NCBI GenBank assembly: GCA_041736175.1
Contig: JBGSUI010000057.1
Location: 1-46,290, forward strand
Length of the DNA: 46,290 bases
DNA from: Oligoflexales bacterium
Lineage (GTDB): Bacteria > Bdellovibrionota_B > Oligoflexia > Oligoflexales > CAIYRB01
Direction of reading: 5' to 3'
In this document: positions 9,316 through 19,706 of the stretch, in pieces
Layout of the letters: every line of letters begins with the position of its first letter
Numbering within the stretch: position 1 is the stretch's first letter
Translations under genes and position numbers: made by a program
Notes under the pieces: model-generated
What the model saw: the letters and a program-made list of their open reading frames with translations, nothing else
Told to the model about the DNA's origin: nothing
The model's database searches: none

Positions 9316-10720
9316 TTTTAGGCCAATAAGTCTCATATTTAAAATTTGGTGAATGCTGAACGTTATGGCAAGTGAGACAAACCTCCTGCGCATCTTGTCG
9401 GTTCTTTGCCTTTTCCTGGGGGCTCCTTTGGGTAGACGGAAGGGGGTTAAGGCTGTGAGATTTTCGGGGACCGTGGCAGTTTTCACATTGTACATTGGCT
9501 AAAAAGGGGCTGTCTTGATTGGAAACGAAACCTCCTTTAGTCTTTGAACCGACACTATGACAGGAAACACAGTAGGCATCTTGGTCTTTATTTTTGTCGA
9601 TAAGGGTTTGCATCGCGCGAGCATGACGGGATTTTGAGTAGAGATCTACGATGGGTTCATGGCATGAACGGCAGGGGGTGATCCCGGCAAAGGGGGTCGA
9701 TGCGAGGTCATTGAGGCGCTTTTGGCCTTCTGCCTGGAAGCTTTTTTTAACAACACTTTCGTATGCGGCAAAAAGACCATCAGCTAAAGGGGAGTTTCCG
9801 ATAGCCGGGGTTAGCCAGGTGACGAGTTGCTTTTTTGTTTGGAAGGGATTTTCTAGGGCTCCACGGGGTCCTTTGAGCAGGTCTTGAAAGGTTGGCGTGT
9901 CTCTATTTTGAAGCAGCCCGCCACGTAGGATCCCTTGTCCGCCTAGGGGAACCTGATAAATTGGAGGTGTTGCGAGGCGTGTCAGGAGTGATTCATTAAC
10001 CTTTTCATCTTGGCTAGGAAGTGTTTCACTAGGAGCTTGGTTGCCGGTGATGACGATATTAAATAGATTAAGGCTTACAATCTCTTTTAAAAGATCGTCT
10101 GGACCACGATACAACAGGACTGTGGTTTTTGATTTGGCTTGGGAGTTGACTAAGCTTTTGAATCGTCCGACGGACCAAGACTCAGTGACGGTCTGAGAAG
10201 TCTTAGGACTTTGAAAGTAGCCAAAGACGACTAGATCGTTGGCTTCGCGTTTAGTGGTGAAGATTTTTTGTAACTCTCCGGTAGAATTTGACAAGACAAA
10301 ATTGAGCTGCTTAAACTCCTGGGCCCTTTCTTGGGCAAAGGCTTTGAGAGTCTCCATCTGGTCCAGTTCGCTCGGACCTGGTAGGGTCGCTGTAGGCTTT
10401 GTGAGGGCGACTCCTCTTAAGATGGAGGGGTTTTTAAGACTTGGGTTCTCTGATTTTGTGATTTCCAGCAGATTTCCTAAGGAAAAAACATGGACCGAGG
10501 GATTGAGGGATTGTTCTTGGTCGACGATTTTTATAAGACGGCGCAAGCCGCCAAGGTCGGTTGCAGGATCACAGCCACAGGGTTCGATATGTCCCCGTAA
10601 ATCTCCAAAAGCTAACCAACTTGGATTGGAACTAGGGCGGCCAGAGGAGGAGGAGCTTGTCACCCCTATGATCAGGAATAAAAGAGCTATGAGAGATCGA
10701 ATCTTAGCTGTGCTAGTCAT
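9302..10720 (-). CDS. Exported UshA/metallophosphoesterase-like domain fused to a tetraheme c554-type cytochrome
   Basis: Signal-like N-terminus, GHIEPCGC..GGLRR, four CxxCH (CRSCH, CVSCH, CENCH, CLTCH); ATG 10720 with SD AAAGGA. Confidence 0.8.
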   Translation of the reverse strand: MTSTAKIRSLIALLFLIIGVTSSSSSGRPSSNPSWLAFGDLRGHIEPCGCDPATDLGGLRRLIKIVDQEQSLNPSVHVFSLGNLLEITKSENPSLKNPSILRGVALTKPTATLPGPSELDQMETLKAFAQERAQEFKQLNFVLSNSTGELQKIFTTKREANDLVVFGYFQSPKTSQTVTESWSVGRFKSLVNSQAKSKTTVLLYRGPDDLLKEIVSLNLFNIVITGNQAPSETLPSQDEKVNESLLTRLATPPIYQVPLGGQGILRGGLLQNRDTPTFQDLLKGPRGALENPFQTKKQLVTWLTPAIGNSPLADGLFAAYESVVKKSFQAEGQKRLNDLASTPFAGITPCRSCHEPIVDLYSKSRHARAMQTLIDKNKDQDAYCVSCHSVGSKTKGGFVSNQDSPFLANVQCENCHGPRKSHSLNPLPSTQRSPQEKAKNRQDAQEVCLTCHNVQHSPNFKYETYWPKIKHP

Positions 10721-10866
10721 CACGCAGCGTCCTTTTTTTGGCGAGGCCCGTCTTCTTAAGACAGGTAGATAAAGTACCAAACTTCCGCGAATAAAGCTCT
10801 AGAATGACCGGAATAAATATGGTAAAAGGCCAATGAATTAGATCGAGTTCAGGAGAACCTTCCATT

Positions 10867-11328
10867 ATGATAGTCCCTCAATTAAGTCCTGAGAAGATTA
10901 GAGAAGCTGTTGAGTCCAGGCAAATTCTCCCCGAGATGGCTGTGGTCTTCGATCCACTTGCCTCCCAACAGGCGTTGGAGTTGTGGCTCTCGACTCCAGA
11001 GGGGCGCGAAGAGGTCCGCCCTAAATTGAGAGTTTATATCGAGGGAAAGGGATGCGATGGATTTTTTTACGGAGTTGCCTTTGATCGAGCAGCCCCGGAA
11101 GATTTTGTTTTCACCGGCCCGTTAGTCGATGTGATTGTCGATCCTCAGTCTCTGGGTTTTGTTTACGGGTCTCGAGTCACCTGGATCACGGGAGACGATG
11201 GACAAGGGTTTTTAGTCCAAAATCCAAACCACGAGAGATTTAGAGGTAAGTTTTTTAAGAAAAAAGCCTGGCAAGATACGTTGACCGCACCAGCGGTTAG
11301 GTCATCGGCAGGTGTGGTGCGACCCTAG
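10867..11328 (+). CDS. HesB/IscA-family protein lacking the C-terminal CxC
   Basis: LRVYIEGKGCDGFFY, VDPQSL, GFLVQNPN; no CGCG. Confidence 0.75.
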   Translation: MIVPQLSPEKIREAVESRQILPEMAVVFDPLASQQALELWLSTPEGREEVRPKLRVYIEGKGCDGFFYGVAFDRAAPEDFVFTGPLVDVIVDPQSLGFVYGSRVTWITGDDGQGFLVQNPNHERFRGKFFKKKAWQDTLTAPAVRSSAGVVRP

Positions 11329-11453
11329 TCGTTTTAGGGATTGAGCAACACCTAGGCCACATATAAAAGCTAATCCCCATTGATTCTGATGCCAACGACA
11401 CCCCAGCCTAGTGTGAGTAAAAGGTGATCTGTTCATTTTTTCCCTTGAGGTCC

Positions 11454-12299
11454 TTACGGTGCCTTCTTTTTTTCGATGATCAGCTTAGTCCCCACCGGGA
11501 GAGATTTGATCCCGGCCCCTAAAAAGATCACAGTAAAATAGCCAAAACCACCCGAAGATTTGACTAAAGAAAGGAGGCCTGAACCCTTTCGCTCAGTTGC
11601 TGATAACAGATATTTTGTATGGGAATCGTCCACCGCAAGGGATTGGAGTTGTTCTCCCTTGAGGATTTCCGCACTAGACCCAACCACGAGGTTGTCGCCA
11701 TCCTTTCCGAGCACGACCCCATCCCAGTTAAGTGCTTCGAAGATCCATTTTGTGATGCTTGGCAAATCTCTCATAGCAGCACCAGGGCGACTGATGACTT
11801 TGCTTTTTGCAGCGCTCGACGACTCACGGTAAAGAGACCAATCGCCTTTTTTTGGCATATGAACCAAGGTATCAGCCCTGGACAGGTGCAAGGCACCTTT
11901 AATTCCATCCATGGAAGAGATTTTCTTGTAGTTTAACTTTGCTTCCCAATCCAGTTGGGGGGAGTTTGCAATTTCAAAATAAGTCGCCTTCTTGCCTAGG
12001 GCTGGGTCCATTTTAAAAAACTCTGGGACTTCGCCCTCCTCCAGAGCTTCCACCAACACAACTCGTTTGGGAAACAGACCGACAACGTTTTTGAGGAGAC
12101 CCTCAGGGGACTGATCCGCGGGGTTCGTAGGAACGGGAGGAGGTTGGGAGGTTGAGGGTTGAACGGCAGTAGGTTGAGCGGGTGGAGCCGGGACAGGCGA
12201 TGCGGTTTGAGCATCTCCTAATTTAGGAAACATTGCAAAAAACAATAAGTAACCCAAAAAATGGCCAGTAGGTGAAAAAATGAAAGACCTTTTTACCAT
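11454..12299 (-). CDS. Hypothetical exported protein with Pro-rich linker
   Basis: Hydrophobic N-terminus and P/Q/T-rich stretch; start overlaps the upstream stop. Confidence 0.6.
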   Translation of the reverse strand: MVKRSFIFSPTGHFLGYLLFFAMFPKLGDAQTASPVPAPPAQPTAVQPSTSQPPPVPTNPADQSPEGLLKNVVGLFPKRVVLVEALEEGEVPEFFKMDPALGKKATYFEIANSPQLDWEAKLNYKKISSMDGIKGALHLSRADTLVHMPKKGDWSLYRESSSAAKSKVISRPGAAMRDLPSITKWIFEALNWDGVVLGKDGDNLVVGSSAEILKGEQLQSLAVDDSHTKYLLSATERKGSGLLSLVKSSGGFGYFTVIFLGAGIKSLPVGTKLIIEKKKAP

Positions 12300-13969
12300 G
12301 AAATAGCCACTCCTCCCTGGGCATAACCCACCGAGTAAACAATTCCCGTAATCTCTGTATTACCGTCTTCTATTTCACCTACTCCCCGCCGAATCGAAAC
12401 ACTTTCATAGATAAAGCTGCCAAGCAGTGCTGTTTTAAAGGGGACTTCAAATAGAGTGAATGTTGGACCTGCCTTAAAAAAGGCGTCCCCACCAAACCTA
12501 TTAGATACAACCCGTGCCCCCTGTTTGATAAGGGAGAAACCAGCGTCATTTGCATAGAATCCCCGGAGGGTATACCAGCTTCCGATGATCTCGCCACCGA
12601 TCTCGATGGCAACGGTAGCAGTGCTTCCGAGGTTAAACTCTTGGGATTTTGTCACCAAACCATTTTCGTCTTGAGACACAGGTAAAAAGGCGTTGAATGT
12701 CCAGACACCGATTTTAGGATCAACCGTAATACGGTCGATTAAAAAAGGAAATTGAAAGTCCCAAGAATAACCTATCACGTGCCTAGCAAAGGCCAACCTT
12801 GCTTTGACGACACCGCCATCGGAACCATTAAGGTTCATTTTGGATTCTGGCAGTTTGTCATAGTAGTATCTGACCCCTTTGAGGGGCCCACCACGAAACT
12901 CAGCGACTAAATTAAAGAGGCTGGTATCGTCTAAAAGTCGTCCCAGTTCCCCTTCGGCAGGCAGCACTTGGAGACCATAGCGTATCCCCACATGTCCCGA
13001 TGCGGCAGATTCCAAAAAATTATCTACCAGGCCCGTTTTCCCAGCTAAAAACTGCTCTAAACGATCATTCTTTGCAAACCCATCGATTTCATTTTTGGCA
13101 TTTGTGGCGAACTTGGTGAGTTCTTCGTTGTTAGCTCCAGGTCCTTGGCTGCTATGAGCCCAGGCGGGGCCTTTTTTGAGCTGTTCTAAGACATCTTTTG
13201 GGATGGTGTAAATAACAGAGCCGCCCTTAAGATAACTAATGGATTTCCCTTTTACCTTTTTGGTCTGTACCTTGGGCTTCAGGGTCTGCTTGAGAGTGGC
13301 GACTCCTAAAATCGAGGTACGATAAACTGACTGTTCTTGGTCCCACTGGAGCGTATAGATGGTTAGCTCCGAAGGCGGATCTGGGACCTTATACTTAAAG
13401 GACTTGGTTTCACTGGTTTGCCAATGTCTAAAGGTCACCGTAAGGTTGGGTTCTTTGACTTTTTTGGCGTTTATATAGATTGCATATGGCATCTGTTCGA
13501 GGAGTTGGTAGGCGATCAGATCGATAAGCTCAGGATCCCTTAGAACCATCATTGAGGTTTCAGAATAAGGCAAGTTCAAGTTTGCCATCGGGGTTTCGCC
13601 TTTTTTAAGGTCGAAAATAGACCCACTTTTCTTATTGATTATGGACATTTTCCAGACGGCTTTACTCACCTTACCGGAAATCTTTTTTCCATTGACAGAA
13701 CAACTAAACGAACTAAAAATGCCCACACCGCATGGCCCCTTTCCCAGGAGCATGGCTTTTCCAAGGTTGTTACAGGCATTTTTAAAATCCTTTTCGACTG
13801 CCTTAGCAGCCTTTTTATCCGGAATCTTTTCGGATTTTTTCCCATCGTAATCAATGATCAGAGATTCTGGCAAAAGATTTTGGCCATAAGCTACACCTGA
13901 AGGAATCGGGATTCCAAAGAAACATAATCCTAAAAAATTTTTAAGAGAATTCCTAACTTTAAGCCTCAC
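12293..13969 (-). CDS. Hypothetical exported protein, probable C-terminal outer-membrane beta-barrel
   Basis: Signal peptide; amphipathic strands in the last ~230 aa; terminal aromatic (GGVAISW). Confidence 0.55.
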   Translation of the reverse strand: MRLKVRNSLKNFLGLCFFGIPIPSGVAYGQNLLPESLIIDYDGKKSEKIPDKKAAKAVEKDFKNACNNLGKAMLLGKGPCGVGIFSSFSCSVNGKKISGKVSKAVWKMSIINKKSGSIFDLKKGETPMANLNLPYSETSMMVLRDPELIDLIAYQLLEQMPYAIYINAKKVKEPNLTVTFRHWQTSETKSFKYKVPDPPSELTIYTLQWDQEQSVYRTSILGVATLKQTLKPKVQTKKVKGKSISYLKGGSVIYTIPKDVLEQLKKGPAWAHSSQGPGANNEELTKFATNAKNEIDGFAKNDRLEQFLAGKTGLVDNFLESAASGHVGIRYGLQVLPAEGELGRLLDDTSLFNLVAEFRGGPLKGVRYYYDKLPESKMNLNGSDGGVVKARLAFARHVIGYSWDFQFPFLIDRITVDPKIGVWTFNAFLPVSQDENGLVTKSQEFNLGSTATVAIEIGGEIIGSWYTLRGFYANDAGFSLIKQGARVVSNRFGGDAFFKAGPTFTLFEVPFKTALLGSFIYESVSIRRGVGEIEDGNTEITGIVYSVGYAQGGVAISW

Positions 13970-15579
13970 ATTGAATAGATGATATCAACATTTTCTAAAA
14001 AAACAGCCTTTGCTTGGGCGTCAATAAAACTTGCGACCTCAGCATTGCTTTTGACAAACTCGCGATTGACTGGGTAAGTCTTGCCTTTTTTCAATATATA
14101 AATGGTCTTTCCTTCGTCGAGAAACTTGCTGATAGAATTGTGCAAATCTGCACCATTTGCCACGGTATAAAAAGCATGCCGTTTTCCTTTGAAGACAGTT
14201 TCAGCGCCCAGGGCCACTGTGATCACTCTAAAAAAACTCTCATTGATCTGCGAGCCTGAGATTTCCCCCAAGATCCTCCGATCTTTGATGATAAAAAAGC
14301 CTTCATTTGAAGCTGATCCAACTGGATTAATACCCAATGACCCCGACCCTCGGATGAGAGACCTTAAGTTAGCAAGATCGTTTGCTTGGTAAACCAGGAC
14401 CCGATAGGGAGCGGACTCCCGAGACAAAAGAGTCTTATTAACTATCCAAGGATTTTGGAAATTAGGATCCGAATGCAGCTTGTCGATAGCCAACTCGATC
14501 ATATTCCGGTTCCAATCCCCCAAAGTTCTTAAAACTAATTCCACGACGCCGCCTTTAAAATTTTCATCCTCGCTTTTGGCATCATCAAGTCGGAGTCCCG
14601 TAACTAGTTTGACCTTATAGTCTTTTATTGTACCTGACTCGGAGACTAAACCCATAGACATAATAGATGCAATAGGTAGCAAAACAGATGTTTCACCAGG
14701 AAGAGCGGAGAAAATGGCGCCTTTTTTATTTGTCTCTGAAAACATGCGAACCTCAGGGATCATTTTTCTGGCGGTGTTGGGTATGTAAGGTAGAGTCAGG
14801 GGGATTTTGAGGTTAAGATTCTTGATTCTCTCCAGTTTCTGGTCCGTTGTGTACATAATTTTATTGAACGGTCCGGCTTGGATCTTGACGATATATTCCT
14901 GCAGATTAATTGTAGGGACGGCGATCTGGACCACTGGTTTTTTGATCACCGGCTCCGGTGGATCCGGCAAAACAGTCTCCGTCGCAGCCTTGTTAGAGAG
15001 CGTCGATTCAAAGCTGGATTCGAGGACTCCCATTGCAGCCGTGTGCTTGCCTTTGAATAGTGGCAAAGGGGCTTTAGCGCTGAGTTTTTTCATAGATTTC
15101 CCAATTTCTTTTACAATTCCTACGGACTCTCCGTTGATGACATTAAAGGATTTTTCGTCTGATTTTATAGTGATGCTTGGACAGTTTTTACAATCAGATT
15201 TTAAGTCGGCAAACACACTGCCTCTTAATAAAGTAATAAGAAACGATTTTGTCTGGTTTTCTCTGATGATCGCACGGATTTGAATCTGAGTGTCTTCTCC
15301 TAACTCCACGACCTGACCCGAAGACAAAATGACTTTGGTTGTGCTGCGAGGACCAGAAGCCACCCAATCCCCATCGAACAGTCCCTGCTTGTCGAGAGCC
15401 TCCTTCCATCTAACTTCAGATTCACTTCGCGTTAGGATCCCGTGGGAGGATTTCTTAAGCCAAGCAGTAGGACTTTGGATTTCTCTAAAAAGTTTATCTT
15501 GTTGGGTGAGAGCAAAAACGACCAACAAAACGGAAAGGATCCATAGGATTGTAAGGTAAGTTTTGCTGAAGTTGCTCAT
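13966..15579 (-). CDS. Membrane-anchored FecR-domain protein
   Basis: N-terminal TM, then W..LFDGDWVASGPRSTTKVIL..GQVVELGEDTQIQI..LLRGSV. Confidence 0.65.
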   Translation of the reverse strand: MSNFSKTYLTILWILSVLLVVFALTQQDKLFREIQSPTAWLKKSSHGILTRSESEVRWKEALDKQGLFDGDWVASGPRSTTKVILSSGQVVELGEDTQIQIRAIIRENQTKSFLITLLRGSVFADLKSDCKNCPSITIKSDEKSFNVINGESVGIVKEIGKSMKKLSAKAPLPLFKGKHTAAMGVLESSFESTLSNKAATETVLPDPPEPVIKKPVVQIAVPTINLQEYIVKIQAGPFNKIMYTTDQKLERIKNLNLKIPLTLPYIPNTARKMIPEVRMFSETNKKGAIFSALPGETSVLLPIASIMSMGLVSESGTIKDYKVKLVTGLRLDDAKSEDENFKGGVVELVLRTLGDWNRNMIELAIDKLHSDPNFQNPWIVNKTLLSRESAPYRVLVYQANDLANLRSLIRGSGSLGINPVGSASNEGFFIIKDRRILGEISGSQINESFFRVITVALGAETVFKGKRHAFYTVANGADLHNSISKFLDEGKTIYILKKGKTYPVNREFVKSNAEVASFIDAQAKAVFLENVDIIYSM

Positions 15580-15612
15580 AAAAAATGACTCTTGTTAGAG
15601 TTGGTAAAAATC

Positions 15613-15639
15613 CTATCGGCTTATCAGAAGGAAATTTTA
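15613..15639 (-). promoter_or_regulatory. sigma28-type promoter of the FecR operon
   Basis: TAAA-N15-GCCGATAG, 33 nt upstream of ATG 15579. Confidence 0.65.
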
Positions 15640-15742
15640 GCGGTACCAGATCTGGAGTGTTTGGCTTAAAGGCTTCAGATTGGATTGGGAGACTTAAGAA
15701 GTTTGAAATAACTTCCGATTGGCTAGGAACGGAGGTTAAAGT

Positions 15743-17887
15743 TTGCAGTATCGAGTCAAAAAGTCGCTGAATGCCAAGTTGTTTTTTTACATGTGCTTCT
15801 TGGTGATCATTACAATAGCTGGATTGTCGCTGCAATTTTATATCTCTTTTCGAAATTTCCAAACGTCTCAAGTACAGGACAGTATCCAAATCCAGGCGGA
15901 AAAAGCAGCCGCGTCTTTTGAAACAACATTAGAAACTTGGAAGACGGTGATTGCAGCGAATATTGCTAACTTTAGGGATAAAGATAAATTCTTTGAGGAA
16001 AGCAAAATTAAAAATTTTCTAGATAGCAATGAAGAGTTTGTGCATCTCGAGATCTATTCGGGAGAATCAAAAAAAGATAAAAAATTAAAATCGATTATCG
16101 GCGTTTCGACGACAAATTTAGCGGACAGTCGTTTTGAGGATCAGGATCCTGCAAATGTGATCAAAAATATTCAGAAAAATCAGTTGGTTTGGTTTTCGGA
16201 GCGGGTTTCCCAAATGGACAAAACCAACGTAAAAGTTGGCAATGCCTCGGCATACACAAAATTGCCAATGATTTACCTTGCGATCCGGTTTGATGTGGAA
16301 AAAAGCCAAAAGGTCTTGTGGGTGATCGTTTCAGCCTGGCAGACCAATCTTATTAAGGTCTTACCTAAGTCAAAAACTGTTGATAGTTATGTTGTCGATC
16401 AGAGTGGTCGTATATTTTCCTCTCCCATCTTAAAGCTGATGAATCGACGGGAGCCTGTGGAGCCTTATCTTGCCAATTTTTTAAAGAAACATGAAAGTCA
16501 GCCCTCAGGATTTATCGAAGAATTTAAAAATTCTACTGACCGAAGGAGAGTCGGCTCCTATGCGCGGTTGCCTAAATTCGGTACGACAATCCTTATCGAA
16601 CAGGATCTGGAATCAGCCTATGAAGAAACCTTCAGAAATCTGATCAATACAGGTCTTTGGGCTGTTTTGTTTATATTGATCGCAATCATGATGGCTTTTG
16701 TGGGTTCTAGTAGTATTACCAAGGGACTAAGAGAGGTGACTCTAGCGACCATTAAGATTGCATCAGGTGATTTTAATTATCGTATCTTTCCTAAAACCTC
16801 GGACGAGGTCGGTGCCTTGGGGCATTCCATAAACAACATGTCGGATCGAATTATCCAGCTTATGCAAGCCCAAGTCGCCCAGGTGCGGTATGAGCAGGAG
16901 CTTGAAACCGCAAAGATGGTCCAAAGTACCTTTTTTCCAAAAAAAGATATCCAGAGTCCTTTTACCAATATTACAGGATTTTATACTCCGGCCTCTGAAT
17001 GTGGCGGGGATCTATGGGGGCATTTTAGAATCGATGATTATAGGGAGTTTGTATTTGTCGCTGATGCTATGGGGCATGGAGCCCCTGCTGCTCTTGTCAC
17101 GGCGATGGCCTATTCAGTCGTGATGACGATCTCAGATATTCTTAAAGACGTTCGTTCCAATCAAGTCATAGAGCCTTATCAGGTCTTGGAAAAGATTAAT
17201 AATATTATTTATTATGCGGTCGAAGGGACGATCAGTATGACTGCTTTTGTAATGATGTTTGACCATCAAAAGGGAATTGTGACCTATGCAAATGCTGGCC
17301 ATAATTTCCCGCTGATTGTACCCCTAAGCCCCGAAGATGCTAGGTTTCCTAAATCCAAGGCGCAGAGCAAAAAATTCTCTCGGAATGCCACACAGATTCA
17401 AGCTGTGGGAACCCTGCTCGGGATTAGCGCAAACTCGCAGTATAAGCAGGCGACAATGGAGATTGTTGTGGGAGACAAATTAGTACTTTACACGGATGGA
17501 CTTATTGAATGTCGATCCCCACAGGGCCAACAATGGGGGCGTAAAAATCTAACGGAATGTCTATTAAAAAATATTGATTTAGAAGCTAAACTCTTAAAGG
17601 ATAAGATTGTCCAAACAGCTTTTGAGTTTTACAAGAAAAACCCACTGGCTGATGATATCACCGTCGTCGTCGTCGATATCGTCGCCTCAGCTAAAGACAT
17701 AACCCTACCCAACACTTTAGCTCAACACAGTGATGAATCTCTGCAACAAGCACCTGCTTACGAGAGAAAGCTCCCGCAACATAACATGCCAAAAGTACCA
17801 GAGGATCAAACTCCACCGGCTAGGGCAGACCAACAGCAGCATTCGGCACTTTCTAAGCTTAAATCCCTGAGGCGAAATGTTTCCTAG
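15743..17887 (+). CDS. Membrane sensor with HAMP and SpoIIE/PP2C phosphatase domains (RsbU-like)
   Basis: Two TMs, HAMP (DEVGALGHSINNM), ECGGD, ADAMGHG, NAGH, YTDGL, DDIT. Confidence 0.88.
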   Translation: MQYRVKKSLNAKLFFYMCFLVIITIAGLSLQFYISFRNFQTSQVQDSIQIQAEKAAASFETTLETWKTVIAANIANFRDKDKFFEESKIKNFLDSNEEFVHLEIYSGESKKDKKLKSIIGVSTTNLADSRFEDQDPANVIKNIQKNQLVWFSERVSQMDKTNVKVGNASAYTKLPMIYLAIRFDVEKSQKVLWVIVSAWQTNLIKVLPKSKTVDSYVVDQSGRIFSSPILKLMNRREPVEPYLANFLKKHESQPSGFIEEFKNSTDRRRVGSYARLPKFGTTILIEQDLESAYEETFRNLINTGLWAVLFILIAIMMAFVGSSSITKGLREVTLATIKIASGDFNYRIFPKTSDEVGALGHSINNMSDRIIQLMQAQVAQVRYEQELETAKMVQSTFFPKKDIQSPFTNITGFYTPASECGGDLWGHFRIDDYREFVFVADAMGHGAPAALVTAMAYSVVMTISDILKDVRSNQVIEPYQVLEKINNIIYYAVEGTISMTAFVMMFDHQKGIVTYANAGHNFPLIVPLSPEDARFPKSKAQSKKFSRNATQIQAVGTLLGISANSQYKQATMEIVVGDKLVLYTDGLIECRSPQGQQWGRKNLTECLLKNIDLEAKLLKDKIVQTAFEFYKKNPLADDITVVVVDIVASAKDITLPNTLAQHSDESLQQAPAYERKLPQHNMPKVPEDQTPPARADQQQHSALSKLKSLRRNVS

Positions 17888-18398
17888 ACCACAATATTCA
17901 TTGTGGATTTTTATAGCGGGCCTCGGAGGTTTTGCTGGCTGTAAACCTGCTAGTGTGAACACAGTCCTAAATGCCAGGGACGATGGAGACCCAGAGGAAG
18001 TCCTTTTTTTGAACCAAGGTTTTGCTTCGACGGATGATTATCATAGTTTTGTTGAGTGTGCGGAGCGTCAAAAGTTATATGATCGCACCTCGGGGCCCCA
18101 TAGGGGTCATTGCACTGAGGTAAGCCTCGCCACAACCTATAAATGCACCTTTAAGGGGATCAAAGAGAAATTTCAGTCTTTAGGGGTCCAGCTGGAGATC
18201 GAGCATTATGGAGATCCCGTGCAAACCTATTTCAAAGGATTTCTTGGTTTTGAGATAGATCAATGTGGAGAGGTTGGCAATGAGCCTGTTGTGGCTCTCC
18301 TTAGGTTCGATGGGTCCAATGCGACCATAGACACCATCGAGGCTCGGTTTCTTTGTAAAACCGATTCAAAAGCCTGTCTCTCGTCACAGGTCAAGTGA
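17877..18398 (+). CDS. Cys-rich hypothetical lipoprotein
   Basis: Lipobox-like FAGC plus six further Cys. Confidence 0.55.
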   Translation: MFPRPQYSLWIFIAGLGGFAGCKPASVNTVLNARDDGDPEEVLFLNQGFASTDDYHSFVECAERQKLYDRTSGPHRGHCTEVSLATTYKCTFKGIKEKFQSLGVQLEIEHYGDPVQTYFKGFLGFEIDQCGEVGNEPVVALLRFDGSNATIDTIEARFLCKTDSKACLSSQVK

Positions 18399-19613
18399 AC
18401 GTATAGGAAACCCGCTTTTTTCAAGAGTCGCCACGATTTGGCTTTTGTGGGGTCCGTCTAGGGTTTCGAGATCTAATTTGACCTCAACATTTTCAAATCC
18501 TTCGATCCCAAAGAGGCGGTTGTGGTGGACTTCCTGTAAATTAGCTCCTGTTTTACTGACCAGATTGAGGAGATCGGCAAGCCTTCCCGGCAAATCAGGG
18601 ATCATGACGGAAATCCGCATCAGCCGCCCTACGGACCTTAGGGCATGGGGAATGATCCTGCGCATCAAGTTGACATCGATATTTCCGCCGGAGATGATGC
18701 AGCAAATGCTCCTGTCGCCAAGTTTATCGATTAAATCGGGCCGCAAATACTTGAGAGCTGCAATGGGGGCAACGCCTGCACCCTCAGCAAGGAGATGATC
18801 TCTTTCCATAAGAGTTAGGATCGACTGGGAGAGGTCCTGTTCGTCCACCAGGATAATATCATCTACGAGATTTTGTATGATATCGTAGGTGATTTTTGCC
18901 GGCTTTTTGACCGCGATTCCATCGGCAATCGTGTTGCCAAAGACGGCTTCTGTCAGTTGTCGATTTTTACAGGAGTTTTCCATTGCCGGGAAGGCTTTAC
19001 TTTGGACTCCGATCACAAGAATCTCGGGATTTTTGGCCTTGATAGCTGTTAAAAGACCAGACATAAGGCCACCGCCACCGATGCTCGCGATGACCATTCC
19101 TAAATCACTTGCTTGCTTTATGAGTTCTAGAGCAATGGTACCTTGGCCGGCCATCACTTCGTGGTTAGCAAAACCATGGATCATGATCTTGCCAGTGGTT
19201 TTTTGATAGGCGATTGCGGCTTCAAATGATTCATCATAATTTTCCCCAACCAGGTGTACGTCGGCCCCTAGATCCCTTGTCGACTGAACTTTTACGAGGG
19301 GGGCTCTTTTGGGCATAAAGATGGTGACTTCTGATTTGAGCAGGCGGCCACTGTAGGCCAATCCTTGGGCATGATTACCAGCACTGGCTGCAATAACGCC
19401 ACACTTGAGTTGTTCCTCAGAAAGAGCTGTCAGGGCGCTTAAGGCCCCTCGGATTTTAAAGGAGCCCGAAAGATTGAGATTCTCAAGCTTGAGGATGATT
19501 TTTTTGCCAAATTGCTTTCTTAAAAAAAGCGACTCCTTAATACCAGACCATGGCAAATAGGGTTTTATCCGCATGTGCGCAGCTTCGATATCGTCGAGAC
19601 CAATGGGGGACAT
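18384..19613 (-). CDS. ilvA: Threonine ammonia-lyase with C-terminal ACT domain
   Basis: SGSFKIRGA (PLP Lys), SAGNHAQG, IGGGGL, SGGNID; SD AGGAG before ATG 19613. Confidence 0.9.
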   Translation of the reverse strand: MSPIGLDDIEAAHMRIKPYLPWSGIKESLFLRKQFGKKIILKLENLNLSGSFKIRGALSALTALSEEQLKCGVIAASAGNHAQGLAYSGRLLKSEVTIFMPKRAPLVKVQSTRDLGADVHLVGENYDESFEAAIAYQKTTGKIMIHGFANHEVMAGQGTIALELIKQASDLGMVIASIGGGGLMSGLLTAIKAKNPEILVIGVQSKAFPAMENSCKNRQLTEAVFGNTIADGIAVKKPAKITYDIIQNLVDDIILVDEQDLSQSILTLMERDHLLAEGAGVAPIAALKYLRPDLIDKLGDRSICCIISGGNIDVNLMRRIIPHALRSVGRLMRISVMIPDLPGRLADLLNLVSKTGANLQEVHHNRLFGIEGFENVEVKLDLETLDGPHKSQIVATLEKSGFPIRSLDL

Positions 19614-19706
19614 AATCTTTTCTCCTGAAGGCTCCTCAAAAGAGGCGAGGAGATGGTATGCTAGATCCATCGGCCTTACAAGGATCCCTTCCCTGAAAGG
19701 TTTCTA

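Noticed and set aside
10571..10579. Selenocysteine recoding
   Set aside because: Both codons are TGT; no in-frame TGA
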